A DNA stretch of 64,000 nucleotides from Octopus vulgaris. Lineage: Eukaryota. The notes under the pieces are model-generated. The model did no database searches. It was not told the DNA's origin and was given only the letters and a program-made list of their open reading frames with translations. The stretch spans positions 2,046,001 through 2,110,000 of the forward strand of contig OX597826.1 of assembly GCA_951406725.2 (NCBI GenBank). Reading direction: 5' to 3'. The position numbers were made by a program, and so were the translations under genes. Of the stretch, positions 13,788-26,169 are shown in pieces (position 1 is the stretch's first letter; each line of letters opens with the position of its first letter).

Positions 13788-14119
13788 CTTGGGCAAGTGT
13801 CTTCTGCTATAGCCTCGAGCCGACCAAAGCCATGTGAATGGATTTGGTAGACGGAAACTGAAAGAAGCTTGTTGTATATGTGTGTATATATATATGTATG
13901 TGTGTGTATATGTTTGTGTGTCTGTGTCTGTCCCCCTAGCATTGCTTGACAACCGATGTTGGTGTATTTACGTCCCTGTAACTTAGCGGTTCGGCAAAAG
14001 AGACCGATAGAATAAGTACTAGGCTTCCAAAGAATAAGACCTGGGGTCGATTTGCTCAGCTAAAGGCGGTGCTGCAGTATGGCCGCAGTTAAATGAATGA
14101 AACAAAAGAGAAAGAGAGA
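13788..14119 (+). mobile_element. SINE family A, 5'-truncated
   Basis: Runs from CCTTGGGCAAGTGTCTTC to the GAAACAAAAGAG tail. Confidence 0.9.
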
Positions 14120-14159
14120 GTACACACATACATATATACAAGCATACATACATATATAC

Positions 14160-14239
<80 letters not shown>

Positions 14240-14337
14240 AATGTAGGATAATTTTCGAAAAAAATTTTATCAATGGCCAGCATATTAAAAAAATACCTTT
14301 AAAGGTTAAATTTATAAACATTGTTTATAAAATGTTT

Positions 14338-14402
<65 letters not shown>

Positions 14403-14470
14403 ATCCAAACATGAAAACACAAAGAGAAAACAACAACGCGAGTACGTGGAACAAGTATATTATTATTGGA

Positions 14471-14554
<84 letters not shown>

Positions 14555-14577
14555 ATGTTATAATTTAGAAAAAAATC

Positions 14578-14716
14578 TCATTGTAGTACTCGGAGCTTCG
14601 AAAGTCGGAGCGAAGATCTACGATGTATTCTCGCCAGCTATTAATCGCATTAATAGCCGACGAGAATGCATCGTAGGTCTTCGCTCTGACATTCGAAACT
14701 CCGAGTACTACAATGA
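14578..14716. repeat. 139-bp imperfect palindrome (fold-back or MITE-like)
   Basis: 68-bp arms with 7 differences and a 3-nt spacer (CGC). Confidence 0.9.
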
Positions 14717-14775
14717 CAGCTTCTTACCGTTCGTTCTAAATTATACATATATAAATCATTCTCTATTTATGTATA

Positions 14776-14924
14776 TACTCTTTTACTCATTTACTTGTTT
14801 CAGTCATTTGACTGCAGCCATGCTGGAACATTTCCTTTTAGTCGAACGAATCGATCTCTGGACTTATTCTTTGTAAGCCTAATATTTTTCTATCTGTCTG
14901 TTTTGCCAAACTGCTAAGTTACGG
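14776..14924 (-). mobile_element. SINE family A 3' fragment
   Basis: Reverse complement of the family A tail. Confidence 0.85.
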
Positions 14925-15195
14925 TCGATCCAACCCGAGATCCGTGATACCGGGTGTCTCACCATCAACTATGCCTCCTCCTCCTGCGAAAATACCCGTA
15001 GGGTCACTCTCAACGAGAATAGGCGCAGAAGGGAAACCCACAACAACTCGTCGTCAAATTCTGACGAGACCTTCAACTGCTGTCACTGCAGCCGTGTCTA
15101 CCTGTCCCACTTTGGACTTATCAGCCACGAGAGTATCTGCAGTCAACGTGGTCCAGCCTTTTCCTAATCATCTTTGTTCTCGCAGCCAAGCCACG
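14925..15195 (+). mobile_element. 3' end of an RTE-clade LINE (decayed)
   Basis: One frame reads ...ENRRRRETHNNSSSNSDETFNCCHCSRVYLSHFGLISHESICSQ, matching the C-terminal C-x2-C...GL-x-SH zinc finger of RTE ORFs, then a stop and a short 3' UTR. Confidence 0.7.
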
Positions 15196-15566
15196 TCTAA
15201 ACAGAACAGGAGGATAGACGTGGGTGGAAGCGTCGCTGAGGAGGGCACAGATGAGTGACGAAAGGTTTCCAGATAATGGGCATAACATAAAATAAGAACA
15301 ATGATAAACGAGTGAAGAACGAATATAAAGTGCTTGGGTTTATTTGGCAAGAAAAAAAGAGGAAAAATGACTCATAATAATAACTGTGTCAACACGTGAT
15401 TTTACATAAGGAATCTTTGCAACATAAATAAACGTACACACACACACAGACACACATATATATGGTGTGTATGTATATATATACATATATATATATATAT
15501 TTATATATACACACACATATATGTATATATATATATATACATATATGTGTGAGTATATATATATAA

Positions 15567-15648
<82 letters not shown>

Positions 15649-16525
15649 GTACGTGTGTGTGTGTCGTATATATATATATAAATGCATGTATGTATATATA
15701 TACATATATTGAGAGAGAGAGAGAGAAAGAGAGAGAGATTGTAAGCGTGAAGGCCAGAGTGAAAGACGTAAAGATATGACACAAATGGGAAAGCAAAATT
15801 CTGTAGTAGAATTGAACTCAACATGTTTAGATTACGAGTCCAATTCCGTACCTACTTGACCATTTTGCTACCAAGGTCAGCGCTCTAATCAGTTTAATTC
15901 GGTTGTTATTCTCCTGAATCTAGTAAATTTGCGCCGAGCATTTTTGACTCTGAATAAGCGAAGCGTTCTTTCTCACCAAATAAAAGAAACAACAATACAT
16001 GCAACAAAACAACAACAAAAAAGGTGGGGAGCAAAAAAAATAACAACACAAAAGGAAACGAAAAACGAAGCACAAATAAGAATCAATATGGCGGTGTTCC
16101 AGCATAGCCACAACCCAACGAGAAAACGTGTAAACAGTTAAATGAAATGAACGACGCCATGTTTAACATTGATGAAGGCAATTAAAGTGTAACATTTGCA
16201 GTGGAAGATACACCATAACTTTAGTTGTTATTTCATTTAGCTATTCGTCATTCGTCATTTTTCCTTCTTCCTTCGCCATTTTGTCTTGTTTTTTGTTAAA
16301 TATTTTTCTTTATATATTTGCTATTTTTGTTTTAAATTTTGATTTGTTTGTTTTTGACAATTTCCATCGCATTATAAATTTTGATAGAATTTTCATAACA
16401 TTCCAAATGAATTTAAATTTATGATTAGCAAGCCAACATGTAACAGATCTTAATTCTTAATCTAATTTTAGCTGAGAAATAAGACTTTGTGTAATATCAC
16501 ACGCTTTTCTTTACGTTCTTTCTTC

Positions 16526-16581
<56 letters not shown>

Positions 16582-16740
16582 ATTTCTTTCTTTCTTTCTT
16601 TATTTCGCACTCGTTTCAGTGTTAAAATGTTATCTAGAGGAGCAAATTCCGAACATAACTAAAGGTCTCCGCGGAAAAATAAGCATCAAAATAACAAAAG
16701 CAAATATAAAACAACTACAACAAAAAATAACAACAAAAAC

Positions 16741-16802
<62 letters not shown>

Positions 16803-16873
16803 TATTATTATTATTATTATTATTATTCTTGTTATTATTATTGTAATCGTTAGTAGTAGTTGTAGTAGTAATC

Positions 16874-16921
<48 letters not shown>

Positions 16922-17393
16922 AGTGACAATGGTAACGAATGATAATACTAGAAAACAACAATAATTATTTGATAATGATAATAACGAGGGAGATGAAAAA
17001 ACACGCCGTTAGAGCTGTTCATGATTCCTGATGATGATGATGATGATGACGATGACAGCGGTGATGCTGATGAGGATAAGTGAATGCAGTTAGGTTAGCT
17101 ATTATAGAAAATCTGTCCAGAGTATAATTTTCTGCTTATACGAAGCTTTTCTAAACGGGATACAAAAATGTAATTTCCATATTTGAAACATGTTTTCATT
17201 GTTTTGCTAAAAATTGTTAGAAAAACTTGGTGGAGAATAATAACGGTTTCACCTAAAGTCAGCCATTAACGTGAAATGAGCTTTAATTCTCTATTAAAGA
17301 TGGATTTAACAATCATTAGAGATCTGTTGAGAAGAAATGGAGAAACTCGTGTACGTGTGTGTGTGTGTGCTTCTGTATTCGTGTGTATGCGAG

Positions 17394-17440
<47 letters not shown>

Positions 17441-17444
<4 letters not shown>

Positions 17445-18112
17445 AAAGGAAAGAAATAGAAATTGAAAGATATCAGAAGAGAGAGAAGAGAGAGAGAAGC
17501 GAGAAAAAGAGGAGAGAAACAAGCGAGAGAGAGAAGGGAGATAGGAGAGAGAGAGAGAGAGAGTAAAGGGGGAGAAAGGAGAAAGAGAGGAGAGGGAGGA
17601 GAAGGAGGAGAGAGAGAAGGCAAAAGAGATGAGAGAGAAGGCAAAAGAGAGGAGAGAGAGAACAGAGAGAACAGAGAGAAGGCAAAAGGGAGAAGAGAGA
17701 GATGGGAGGAGAGAGAGAAGAAAGAGAGAAGGCAAAAGGGAGGAGAGAGAGAAGAGAGAGAGAAGGCAAAATAGAAGAGAGAGTGGAGAGAGAGAGAAGA
17801 CAGAGAGAAGGTAAAAGGGAGGAGAGAGAGAGAAGAGAGAGAGAACGCAAAAGAGAGGAGAGAGAGAAAAAGAGTGGGAAGAGAATAGAAAAGTAGAGTG
17901 TGAGAGAAAGAGAGAGAGGGAGAAAGACATAGAGTGCGCACGAGAGAGAGAGAGAGAGAGGTAGAAAAGTAGGGTGCGGGAGATACAAACAGAAAGAGAT
18001 AGGGAGAAAGAGAAATGAGAGCTGTAGAGATAGATAGAGAGGGGTAGGGGAGAGAGATAGAGAGAGAGAGAGAGGGAGAGATTGAGAAACTATAGAAGTT
18101 AGAGAGTAGGGA
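17441..18112 (+). repeat. Long polypurine (AG-rich) tract with GAGAGAGAAGGCAAAAG subrepeats
   Basis: Directly visible. Confidence 0.9.
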
Positions 18113-18546
18113 AAATTAAACACTATTTTCCTCTGTCACACACACATACACACACATAGGCACACACACACACACAAACACATGCTGTAAAGAGGGGGGG
18201 CGACAAGTTTAAGATAAATGAAAGGAAAGAAGAGAGAGAAGAGAGAAAAAGAAACAATGAATGAAGAGAAAGAAAATTCTAGCAAAAGATTATAGGGGGA
18301 AGGTGTGAAGGATCGAACTCCGAGCAGACAGGGAACGAATCGTCGTCTGTTGTACAAACACTTGTTACTTGTATTGCGTACTCTTTCTCTCGTTTGCGAA
18401 TCTCGTAAGCATTAAAAAAATAATAATGAAGTACATAGGCAGAGGAGTGGTTGTGTGGTAAGAGATTTTGGTTTATAGGTTTATTGCTTATATATTTTTT
18501 ACACATAATTTTTCTGTATTCTATCTTCCACCCTGCATTTTTCCCT

Positions 18547-19000
18547 ATGCGTATATAGACGTGTATATGGAAACTTTTTGTGCGCGCGTGTGAATGTGTG
18601 CGTGTGTGCGGGTATGTGCGTATATAGAAGTCTGCGTGTGTGCGTGTACGCGAGTACGTGCATACATGGACGTATTTTACTCAGTGTGTTTTACACATTT
18701 TCCTGTATTTTTGCCCTTAGCCCTGTTTTTTTATCTTATAGACGTATGTATGATCCTTTTTGTGCGTGCATGGGTGTGTGCGTATTTTGACGTGTGCGGG
18801 TATGTGCGTATATAGACGTGTGCGTGTGCGTGCATAAGGGTACGTGCGTATATAGACGTGGTTTACTCTTTGTATACACCCTTGTGCCATTTTTCTGTAT
18901 TATTACCCTTAACGCTGTTATTTTTCTTGTGCTTGTCCGTATATAGATGTGTGTATGAACCTTTATGGTGTGCGCGTGTGTGTGCGCGTTTGTATGTATG
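18547..19000 (+). repeat. Degenerate tandem duplication, period ~190 bp, built on TGCGTATATAGACGTG
   Basis: GTGTGCGGGTATGTGCGTATATAGA recurs at ~18603 and ~18792 with similar downstream sequence. Confidence 0.7.
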
Positions 19001-19247
19001 TATATACATATACATTTGGCGAAAAATGAGAGTGAGGATGTGTGCGTTTTCAAATGAGGGTGGAGGAATGTATACTTTAGGCGTACGCACGTGTGTAGGT
19101 ATGAACAGGTGCGCTTACGCGAATACTATGAACTTTTTTACCCCCTTAGCGGTCATTCGAATAGCTCTTTTATCTTAATAACGGTCAATCACACAGTAAT
19201 TTCCTTTTGTATAACAGTCATTTTTTATAGCATTTTTCCGATGGTCG

Positions 19248-19308
19248 GATAACTGAAGAGATGGCGGCGTGGATTTCCACCTCGGTATCCGAAACTCGGA
19301 GTTTTATC
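19248..19308 (+). ncRNA. Type-I hammerhead ribozyme motif (Penelope-type)
   Basis: GATAA-CTGAAGA-[GATGGCGGCGTGG ATTT CCACCTCGGTATC]C-GAAAC-TCGGA-GTT-TTATC: 5-bp stem I, long stem II and a GUU triplet. Confidence 0.7.
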
Positions 19309-19366
19309 ATGGCTACCGAATACATAATATCGAGGTCTCTTTCTTTCTTTCTTTTGTTGTCTTACC

Positions 19367-19409
<43 letters not shown>

Positions 19410-20448
19410 TATGTATGCATACAGATATATATTATATTTAATATATTACATAGGATATACATAACTATATATTATATCTAATATATTATATGTGGGTGTG
19501 TTGTATATACTTTATGTATATGTGCATACATGTACGGGTACCTACGTGTGCATATATGCATGTATACATGAAACCATGACGTGTACAAGGATCAGTGAGA
19601 ATAAAAACGATGATTTGCATATTCGTTCTTTTTATACTCCGGGAGATTAGAACGCGGATATGTCAATCACTGTTGTGTTTCTCCTTTGCGCGTTCATTAG
19701 CATAATGGACTCTGGGACAGCCAGTGTATCGACTTCAATGTGTCCGGTCAACCAGACGCAACCGAGACTGATGAAGCTAACAAGTATCGAGCCCCTTTCC
19801 TGATAACTTCAAGGAACGTATTACAAATAAATATGGAAATCATCTCACTGCTCACCATGAAAACAAACGATTTGTTATCGGTTGGCATATATCAAATCGA
19901 ATCAGCCAGCATTTGTTAAGCAAAGGTTTTGTAATGAATAACTCGTCGTTTAGACACATCAACGAACGCGTTGTATGGAAGTGGTTAGCTCTATTTATGT
20001 GGATTTTGGCCAATATTAGAAATAAATATTCTGAATTGGAAGAATCGATATAGCTGCGGACAGAAATGCCCTGTAGGATTTATTCTGCGCATTAAGTTTG
20101 GTTTCTGCCAAATTCCACTCTCACCGAGTTCAACATTGCCTTCCGTCGTTTTTTTCTTTCTTTCTAGAAGAAATTGGCTGGATTTGAAACTGGAGAGGTA
20201 TCGGTCCCGCCTGGTTTAGAATGCCGAAGACATACCTTGTACCATGATGGTGTTCCCATGCTACAATAAGGAGCCCAGGGTTCAAAGATGGCAGGTTGTC
20301 ATATTTTTCTAACCAAATTCCACTTGGCCACACTGTGGGTTTTCATTTTTGTGACGTTGGATAAAATAGGGGTTTGTTGTGTACTGCTGGCGAGTTTTCC
20401 TCTAGAAACCCAGCTCTAACTAAATCTGAAATATTGTGTACATTGTTA

Positions 20449-20549
20449 GGCATATAGCCTAGTGGTTAAGAGCGCGGGCTACTAACCCCAAGATTCCGAG
20501 TTCGATTCCAGGTTGTGATCTGAATAATAATAATAATAATAATAATAAT
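20449..20549 (+). mobile_element. Short tRNA-like retroposon with (AAT)n tail
   Basis: A box TAGCCTAGTGG, anticodon-like arm GCGGG-CTACTAA-CCCCA, B box GAGTTCGATTCC, then (AAT)n. The acceptor stem does not close, so it is not a functional tRNA. Confidence 0.7.
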
Positions 20550-21151
20550 GTGTCTATGACGAATATCATTATTCTTTTACATTGTTGATAAAGCTACTGT
20601 TAGAGTTACAGAGTTTTAAGGGAGACGAAACAAAAGAAGTGGGTGTACATGCGTGCGTGTGTGTGTGTGTGTGTGTGTACGTGTATGTGTGCGTGTGTGC
20701 TTGTATGTTTGTGTGAGAGAGATGCAGAGAAAGAAAGAAAGAAAATGAGAATGTGTCAGAATGAAGGATGAGCAAAGAAAAGGCAGCAGCAAGACAAGAA
20801 AAGGATGTGAGTCGTAATAATGGAGAGAAACTGTAAGTAGAGCTGGAGAAGATCGTGGGAGAAATAGAGAGAGTGAACGGAGGAGAGAGAGAGAGAGAGA
20901 GAGAGGGGGAAAGAGAGAGAGAGAGGGTAGAGGAAGAGAGAGAGGGTGATAAGGAGAGGGTGAGAGAGAATATAAAGATAAAGATGAAGCGAGAAGAGAC
21001 AAAGGAGAGAGAGAAAAAGAGATAGAGAAAAAGATAGATAGAGAGAGCGGGGGAGAGAGAGAAAAGGAGAGAGAGAGAGGGAGGGAGGGAGAAATAGATG
21101 GCAGATATACGACTCAGGAAAGCGGGAGAGACAGATAGATAGAGATAGATA

Positions 21152-21313
21152 GGCTGTGTGGTACGTAGCTTGCTTACCAACCACATGGTTTCGGGTTCAG
21201 TCCCACTGCGTGGCATCTTGGGCGAGTGTCTTCTGCTATAGCCTCGGGCCGACCAAAGCCTTGTGAGTGGATTTGGTAGACGGAAACTGAAAGAAGCCCG
21301 TCATGTATATATG

Positions 21314-21387
<74 letters not shown>

Positions 21388-21606
21388 CTAGTGTGTCTGT
21401 GTTTGTCCTCCCACCATCGCTTGACAACCGATGCTGCTGTGTTTAGGTCCCCGTAACCTAGCGGTTCGGCAAAAGAGACCGATAGAATAAGTACTAGGCT
21501 TACAAAGAATAAGTCCTGGGGTCGATTTGCTCGACTAAAGGCGGTGCTCCAGCATGGCCACAGTCAAATGACTGAAACAAGTAAAAGAGTAAAGGAGTAA
21601 AAGAGA
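21152..21606 (+). mobile_element. SINE family A, near full length
   Basis: Head, internal (TA)n(TG)n and GTAAAAGA-repeat tail. Confidence 0.93.
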
Positions 21607-21660
21607 GACAAAACATGAGATAATGAGAGAGAAAGAGACACAAAACAAAGAGATAGATAG

Positions 21661-21698
<38 letters not shown>

Positions 21699-22070
21699 GA
21701 AAGAGACGAAAAGTGTGTAGGATAGATGAGAGGAGAGAAGGGTCAGAGAATGAGGGGATAAGTGGGAGGAGAGAATTAAACAAGAGGGAGAGAGGAAGTG
21801 GAAAAGGGGAACACAAGGAAAACAATGCGAAAGCAAATCTATATGCGTGTGTGCGTGTGTGTGTATGTCTGTGTGTGTGTGTGCGTGTGTGTGTGCGAGG
21901 TGTTGACGGTGGCGGTGAATGAGTGAGAAAAAGAGAAAGTGTGGAAGAAAGGGTGAGAGAGAAAGCGAAGTGGAGAAGGAATATGAGGTTGGTGGAATAA
22001 GAAACATTGCAAGAGATACGCCGCGAAGGGGAAAAGTACGAGAGACGGAAAGAGCAAGCTTGATAGATAG

Positions 22071-22104
<34 letters not shown>

Positions 22105-22210
22105 ATAGATAGATAGATAGATAGAGATAGATAGAGATAGATAGATAGATAGATACATAAAAAGGCTGGTAGATAGATAGCTCAATAAATAGACAGATAG
22201 ATAGATAGAA

Positions 22211-22272
<62 letters not shown>

Positions 22273-23029
22273 ATATTGATAGATAGATAGATAGACAGAT
22301 AGAAAGGTACATATAAAGACTGATAGATAGATAAATAGATAGATAGATAGATAAAGGGACAAAAAGAGACAGACAGACAGACAGACAGATAGATAAATTT
22401 CCACTTCACCTCTCCCTCTCTTAATTTTCTTCCCACTTATCCTCACATTCTCTGTCCCTTCTCTCCTCTCATCTATCTTACACGCTCTCTTTCTCCCTCT
22501 CTCTGCATCTATCTATCTCTTTATTTTGTGTGTCCCTCTCTCTTTCTCTCTCACTATATCATGTTTTTCTCTCCTCTCTCCTTTGCCTTCATAGATAGAG
22601 AGAGAGAGAGATGGAGAGCGGGAGTTGGGAAAGGGAGAGCGCTGTCTGCTGCCTTTGTTCACCTCCAAATCCATGACTGACGCCTCCGTGTATGTGTGAA
22701 TCGGAAATGAAACTTCAAGTAGGTAGGTGCAAAAAGGATTCGATTAACTCCTTGATAAAACTGCCCCAAGGGGAGGAGAACATCGCTCTTGATAAATGTC
22801 ACATTGCAGCTAAAAGTCAGTGAAATTTCTTTAACCCTCTTGTAGCTGCCACACACACACACACACGCACACACACACAAGCACACAAATGCGTCTGTGT
22901 GTATGTGTGTAGGTAAATATATATGAATGTATATATACATATAAAATTATATATATATAACTATACGCACACGTATACACACGCACACAGAGAGATTATA
23001 TATATATACATATATATGTGTATATGTGC

Positions 23030-23082
<53 letters not shown>

Positions 23083-23091
23083 AGTGAGCAG

Positions 23092-23125
<34 letters not shown>

Positions 23126-23892
23126 ATATATACATGTAGAAATATATGTATGCATATACACACGTCTAAATGTATTTATACACACACATATATAAATATA
23201 CATATGTATGATAAACACAAAAGTACGTATATAAACACACGCACACGCATATGTATGTATTTGTAGATGCACACACACACACAGAGACACACACACACGC
23301 ACACACACGCATGCACACGCACGCAAACACGCAGACTCATAGATATGACGTGCATGCTTATACACATGCATAGACACACAGATACGTACGTAAACATATT
23401 GACATATGTGCACAGACGTGCACACACACACGCACACGCACACATAAATTTGCGCGCGTGCGAGTTTGTATGATAAAATAATTAAATATATTCGGCAAAA
23501 AGCGAAAAACAATGACCACTAAAACACACACACACACACACACAAGCTAACAAGGACATAACAACTACACACACACACACAAGCTAAGAAGGACACACAC
23601 ACACACGTGCGCGCGTGCGCCTATACGTCCATATTAATTTCTCTATGACTCTTGTGGTCCTTCCCTTCGGTTCTCCCTCGCACACACTCTCTCTCTAACA
23701 CACGCATAAGCACACACACACACAACACATACACATACACATACGCGCGCGCGCACACGGAGTTTCTCTGCTTTCTCCTTCATCTCTCTCTCTCTCTCTC
23801 TTCCCCTTTATAAATCCTTATAAACAGATTGATTCCGTTGGCGGTGGAGGACGATTATAACCAACGGCAAATATGTTGGCAGTGTTTGGGAC

Positions 23893-24300
23893 TGTGGTGG
23901 TGGTGGTGGTGATGGTGGTGGTGGCGGTCGTTGTGATGTTGATGGTTGTTGTTGTTGTTGTTGTTGTAGTGGTGTTCGTGGTTTGCTGTTGCGGTGGTGG
24001 TGGTGGCTGTTGTGGTTGTTGTTGTTGTGGTGGTGGTGGTGGTGGCTGTTGTGGTGGTGAAGGCAGTGGTGGTGGTTTGTTGTTGTGGTGTTGATTTGCT
24101 GTTGTTGTTGCGGTAGTAGTGGTTTGCTGTTGTGGCGGTGGTAGTCGTGATGGCCGTGATGGCGGCGGTGGTTATATCGATGCTTGTTTCCACGGTAGTA
24201 GCGGCGGTGGTGGTTGGTGGTGGTCTTTCTGAGAATTAACTGCGGTGGTTGATTGGTTGGTTGGCTGGTTGACTGGTTGGTTGTAGTGGTAATGATGCTC
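23893..24300. repeat. Compound (GTG)n/(GTT)n/(GGTT)n repeat
   Basis: Directly visible. Confidence 0.9.
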
Positions 24301-24794
24301 GTTGCTCGGGTGGAGTAGACAGTTCCGAGGCCGGTGGGGGCGCTGCTGGCTGAGATGTTGACTCTCGTCGTAGTATCAATAATTGTCGTGGAAATAGTAT
24401 AGGTGGTAGTTGGAATATTAATGGCTGCTGTGATGGTTCACGTTTTGGCTTGTTGCTGTCGTCGTGGTGTTGGTGAGAACGGGTTTGGGGCTGGCTGCGG
24501 TGGTAGAGGTATCAAATCCAGTTGGAAGGATGTAGTATGAGTGATGCTGGAGCTGGTTATTTTAGGAATGGTGTTGGAGGTGGCTGCGGAGGTAGTTGAG
24601 TTGGTGGTGATAATGGTGTTGCTTGTAGAAATGTTGGGGATTCTTAAAGCAGAGGATGCAGTTATTGTGATATTAGTAAGGTGACTTTTTAACGGGTGGA
24701 GAGCTGAACCATCCTGGGGTACAGAGGATTCGCAATCTAGACTAGGGTCTGAAAGTTTACCACACCATAGTGGGTAACACCATGGTTCCTCTGC

Positions 24795-25002
24795 TTTGTG
24801 GCAGAAGTAGGAAGAAAGAGTGAGAGAAAGTTGTGGTGAAAGAATACTGCGGGGTTCACCACCACCACCATCCACCGGAGCCTCGTGGAGCTTAGGTGCT
24901 TTTGCTCAATAAACACTCACAATGCCCGGTCTGGGAATCGAAACCGCGTTCTTACGACCGCGAGTCCGCTGCCCTAACCACTGCGCCATTGCGCTTCCAC
25001 GC
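24795..25002 (-). mobile_element. tRNA(Arg)-like SINE, family D variant, 5' part
   Basis: Minus strand TGGCGCAGTGGTTAGGGCAGCGGACTCGCGGTCG...GGTTTCGATTCC; homologous to 28305-28482 and 56077-56388. Confidence 0.85.
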
Positions 25003-25030
25003 TTGTTGCCGTTGCTATTTGTTACCAGCA

Positions 25031-25857
25031 AAGGCGGCCGGCTGGCAGAACCGTTAGCACGCCGGGCGAAATGCTTAGCGTATTTTGTCTGCCGTTATGT
25101 TCTGAGTCCAAATTCCGCCGAGGTCGACTTTGCCTTTCATCCTTTCGGGGTCGATAAATTAAGTACCAGTTACGCACCAGTGTCGATGTAATCGACTTAA
25201 TCCCTTTGTTTGTCCCTTCTATGTTTATCCCCTTGTGTGCAATAAAGAAATAAGAAAGTTAGCACGCCGGGCGAAATGCTTAGCGATATTTCGTCTGCCG
25301 CTACGTTCTGAGTTCAAATTCCGCCGAGGCGGACTTTGCCTTTCATCCTTTTTGGGTCGACTAAATAACTACCAGTTACGCTCTGGGGTCGATATAATCG
25401 ACTTAATCCATTTGTCTGTCATTGTTTGTCATATCTGTGTTAAGCTCCTTGTGGGTAGTAAAGAAATAGGTATTTCGTCTGCCGTAACGTCTGAGTTCAA
25501 ATTCTGCCGAGGTTGACTATGCCTTTCATCCTTTCGGAGTCAATAAATTAAGTACCAGTTACGCACTAGGGTCATGTAATCGATTTAATCCTTTTCTCTG
25601 TCCTTGTTTGTCGCCCTCTATGTTTAGCCCCTTGTGGGCAATAAAGAAATAAGAAACGTTGAGCACGCCGGGCGAAACGCTTAACGGCATTTCATATGTG
25701 TTTATGTTCTGAGTTCAAATTCTGCCGAGATTGACTTTGTCTTTCATTCTTTCTGGGTATATGACATACGTACCAGTTGAATACTGGGGTCGATATAATC
25801 GAGTTATCTCATCCCGCTGAACTTTCTGGTTTTGTGTCAAAATTTGAAGCCAATATT
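25031..25857 (+). mobile_element. Head-to-tail array of four family B SINE units (three long-tail, one terminal short-tail)
   Basis: Tails ending GAAATA at 25252, 25468 and 25651 are each followed by a 5'-truncated B head. Confidence 0.92.
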
Positions 25858-25909
25858 TGTTGTAGCTTCTGTAGTATCGCTTGATTTTGTGGTAATTAAT
25901 ATTGAAATA

Positions 25910-26160
25910 TCGGGTTCGAATCTCAGACCGGGTGATGTGAGTGTTTAAGAGCGAAACACCTAAGATTCACGCAGCTCCGGCAGATGGTAATGGCGAACTT
26001 CTGCTGACTCTTTCGCCAGAACTTTCTCTCACTCTTTCCTCCTGCATATTGCAGCTCACCTGCGACGGACCGGCATCCTGTTCAGGTGGGGATCTATACG
26101 CGAAGGAAACCGAGAAACAAGCCCTTATGAGTCAAGTATGACTCGAAAAGGAAGAAACAA
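25910..26160 (+). mobile_element. SINE family D, 5'-truncated
   Basis: Starts at the B box GGGTTCGAATCTC; colinear with 56130-56388. Confidence 0.88.
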
Positions 26161-26169
26161 TATTGTAAT

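Noticed and set aside
15248-15272. Hammerhead-like CAGATGAGTGACGAAA
   Set aside because: Core mismatch and no stems I or II.
20449-20520. Functional tRNA gene
   Set aside because: The acceptor and T stems do not pair properly and an (AAT)n tail follows; treated as a retroposed derivative.
25031-25857. CRISPR-like repeat-spacer array
   Set aside because: The units are whole SINE copies with no unique spacers, in a eukaryotic context with no cas genes.
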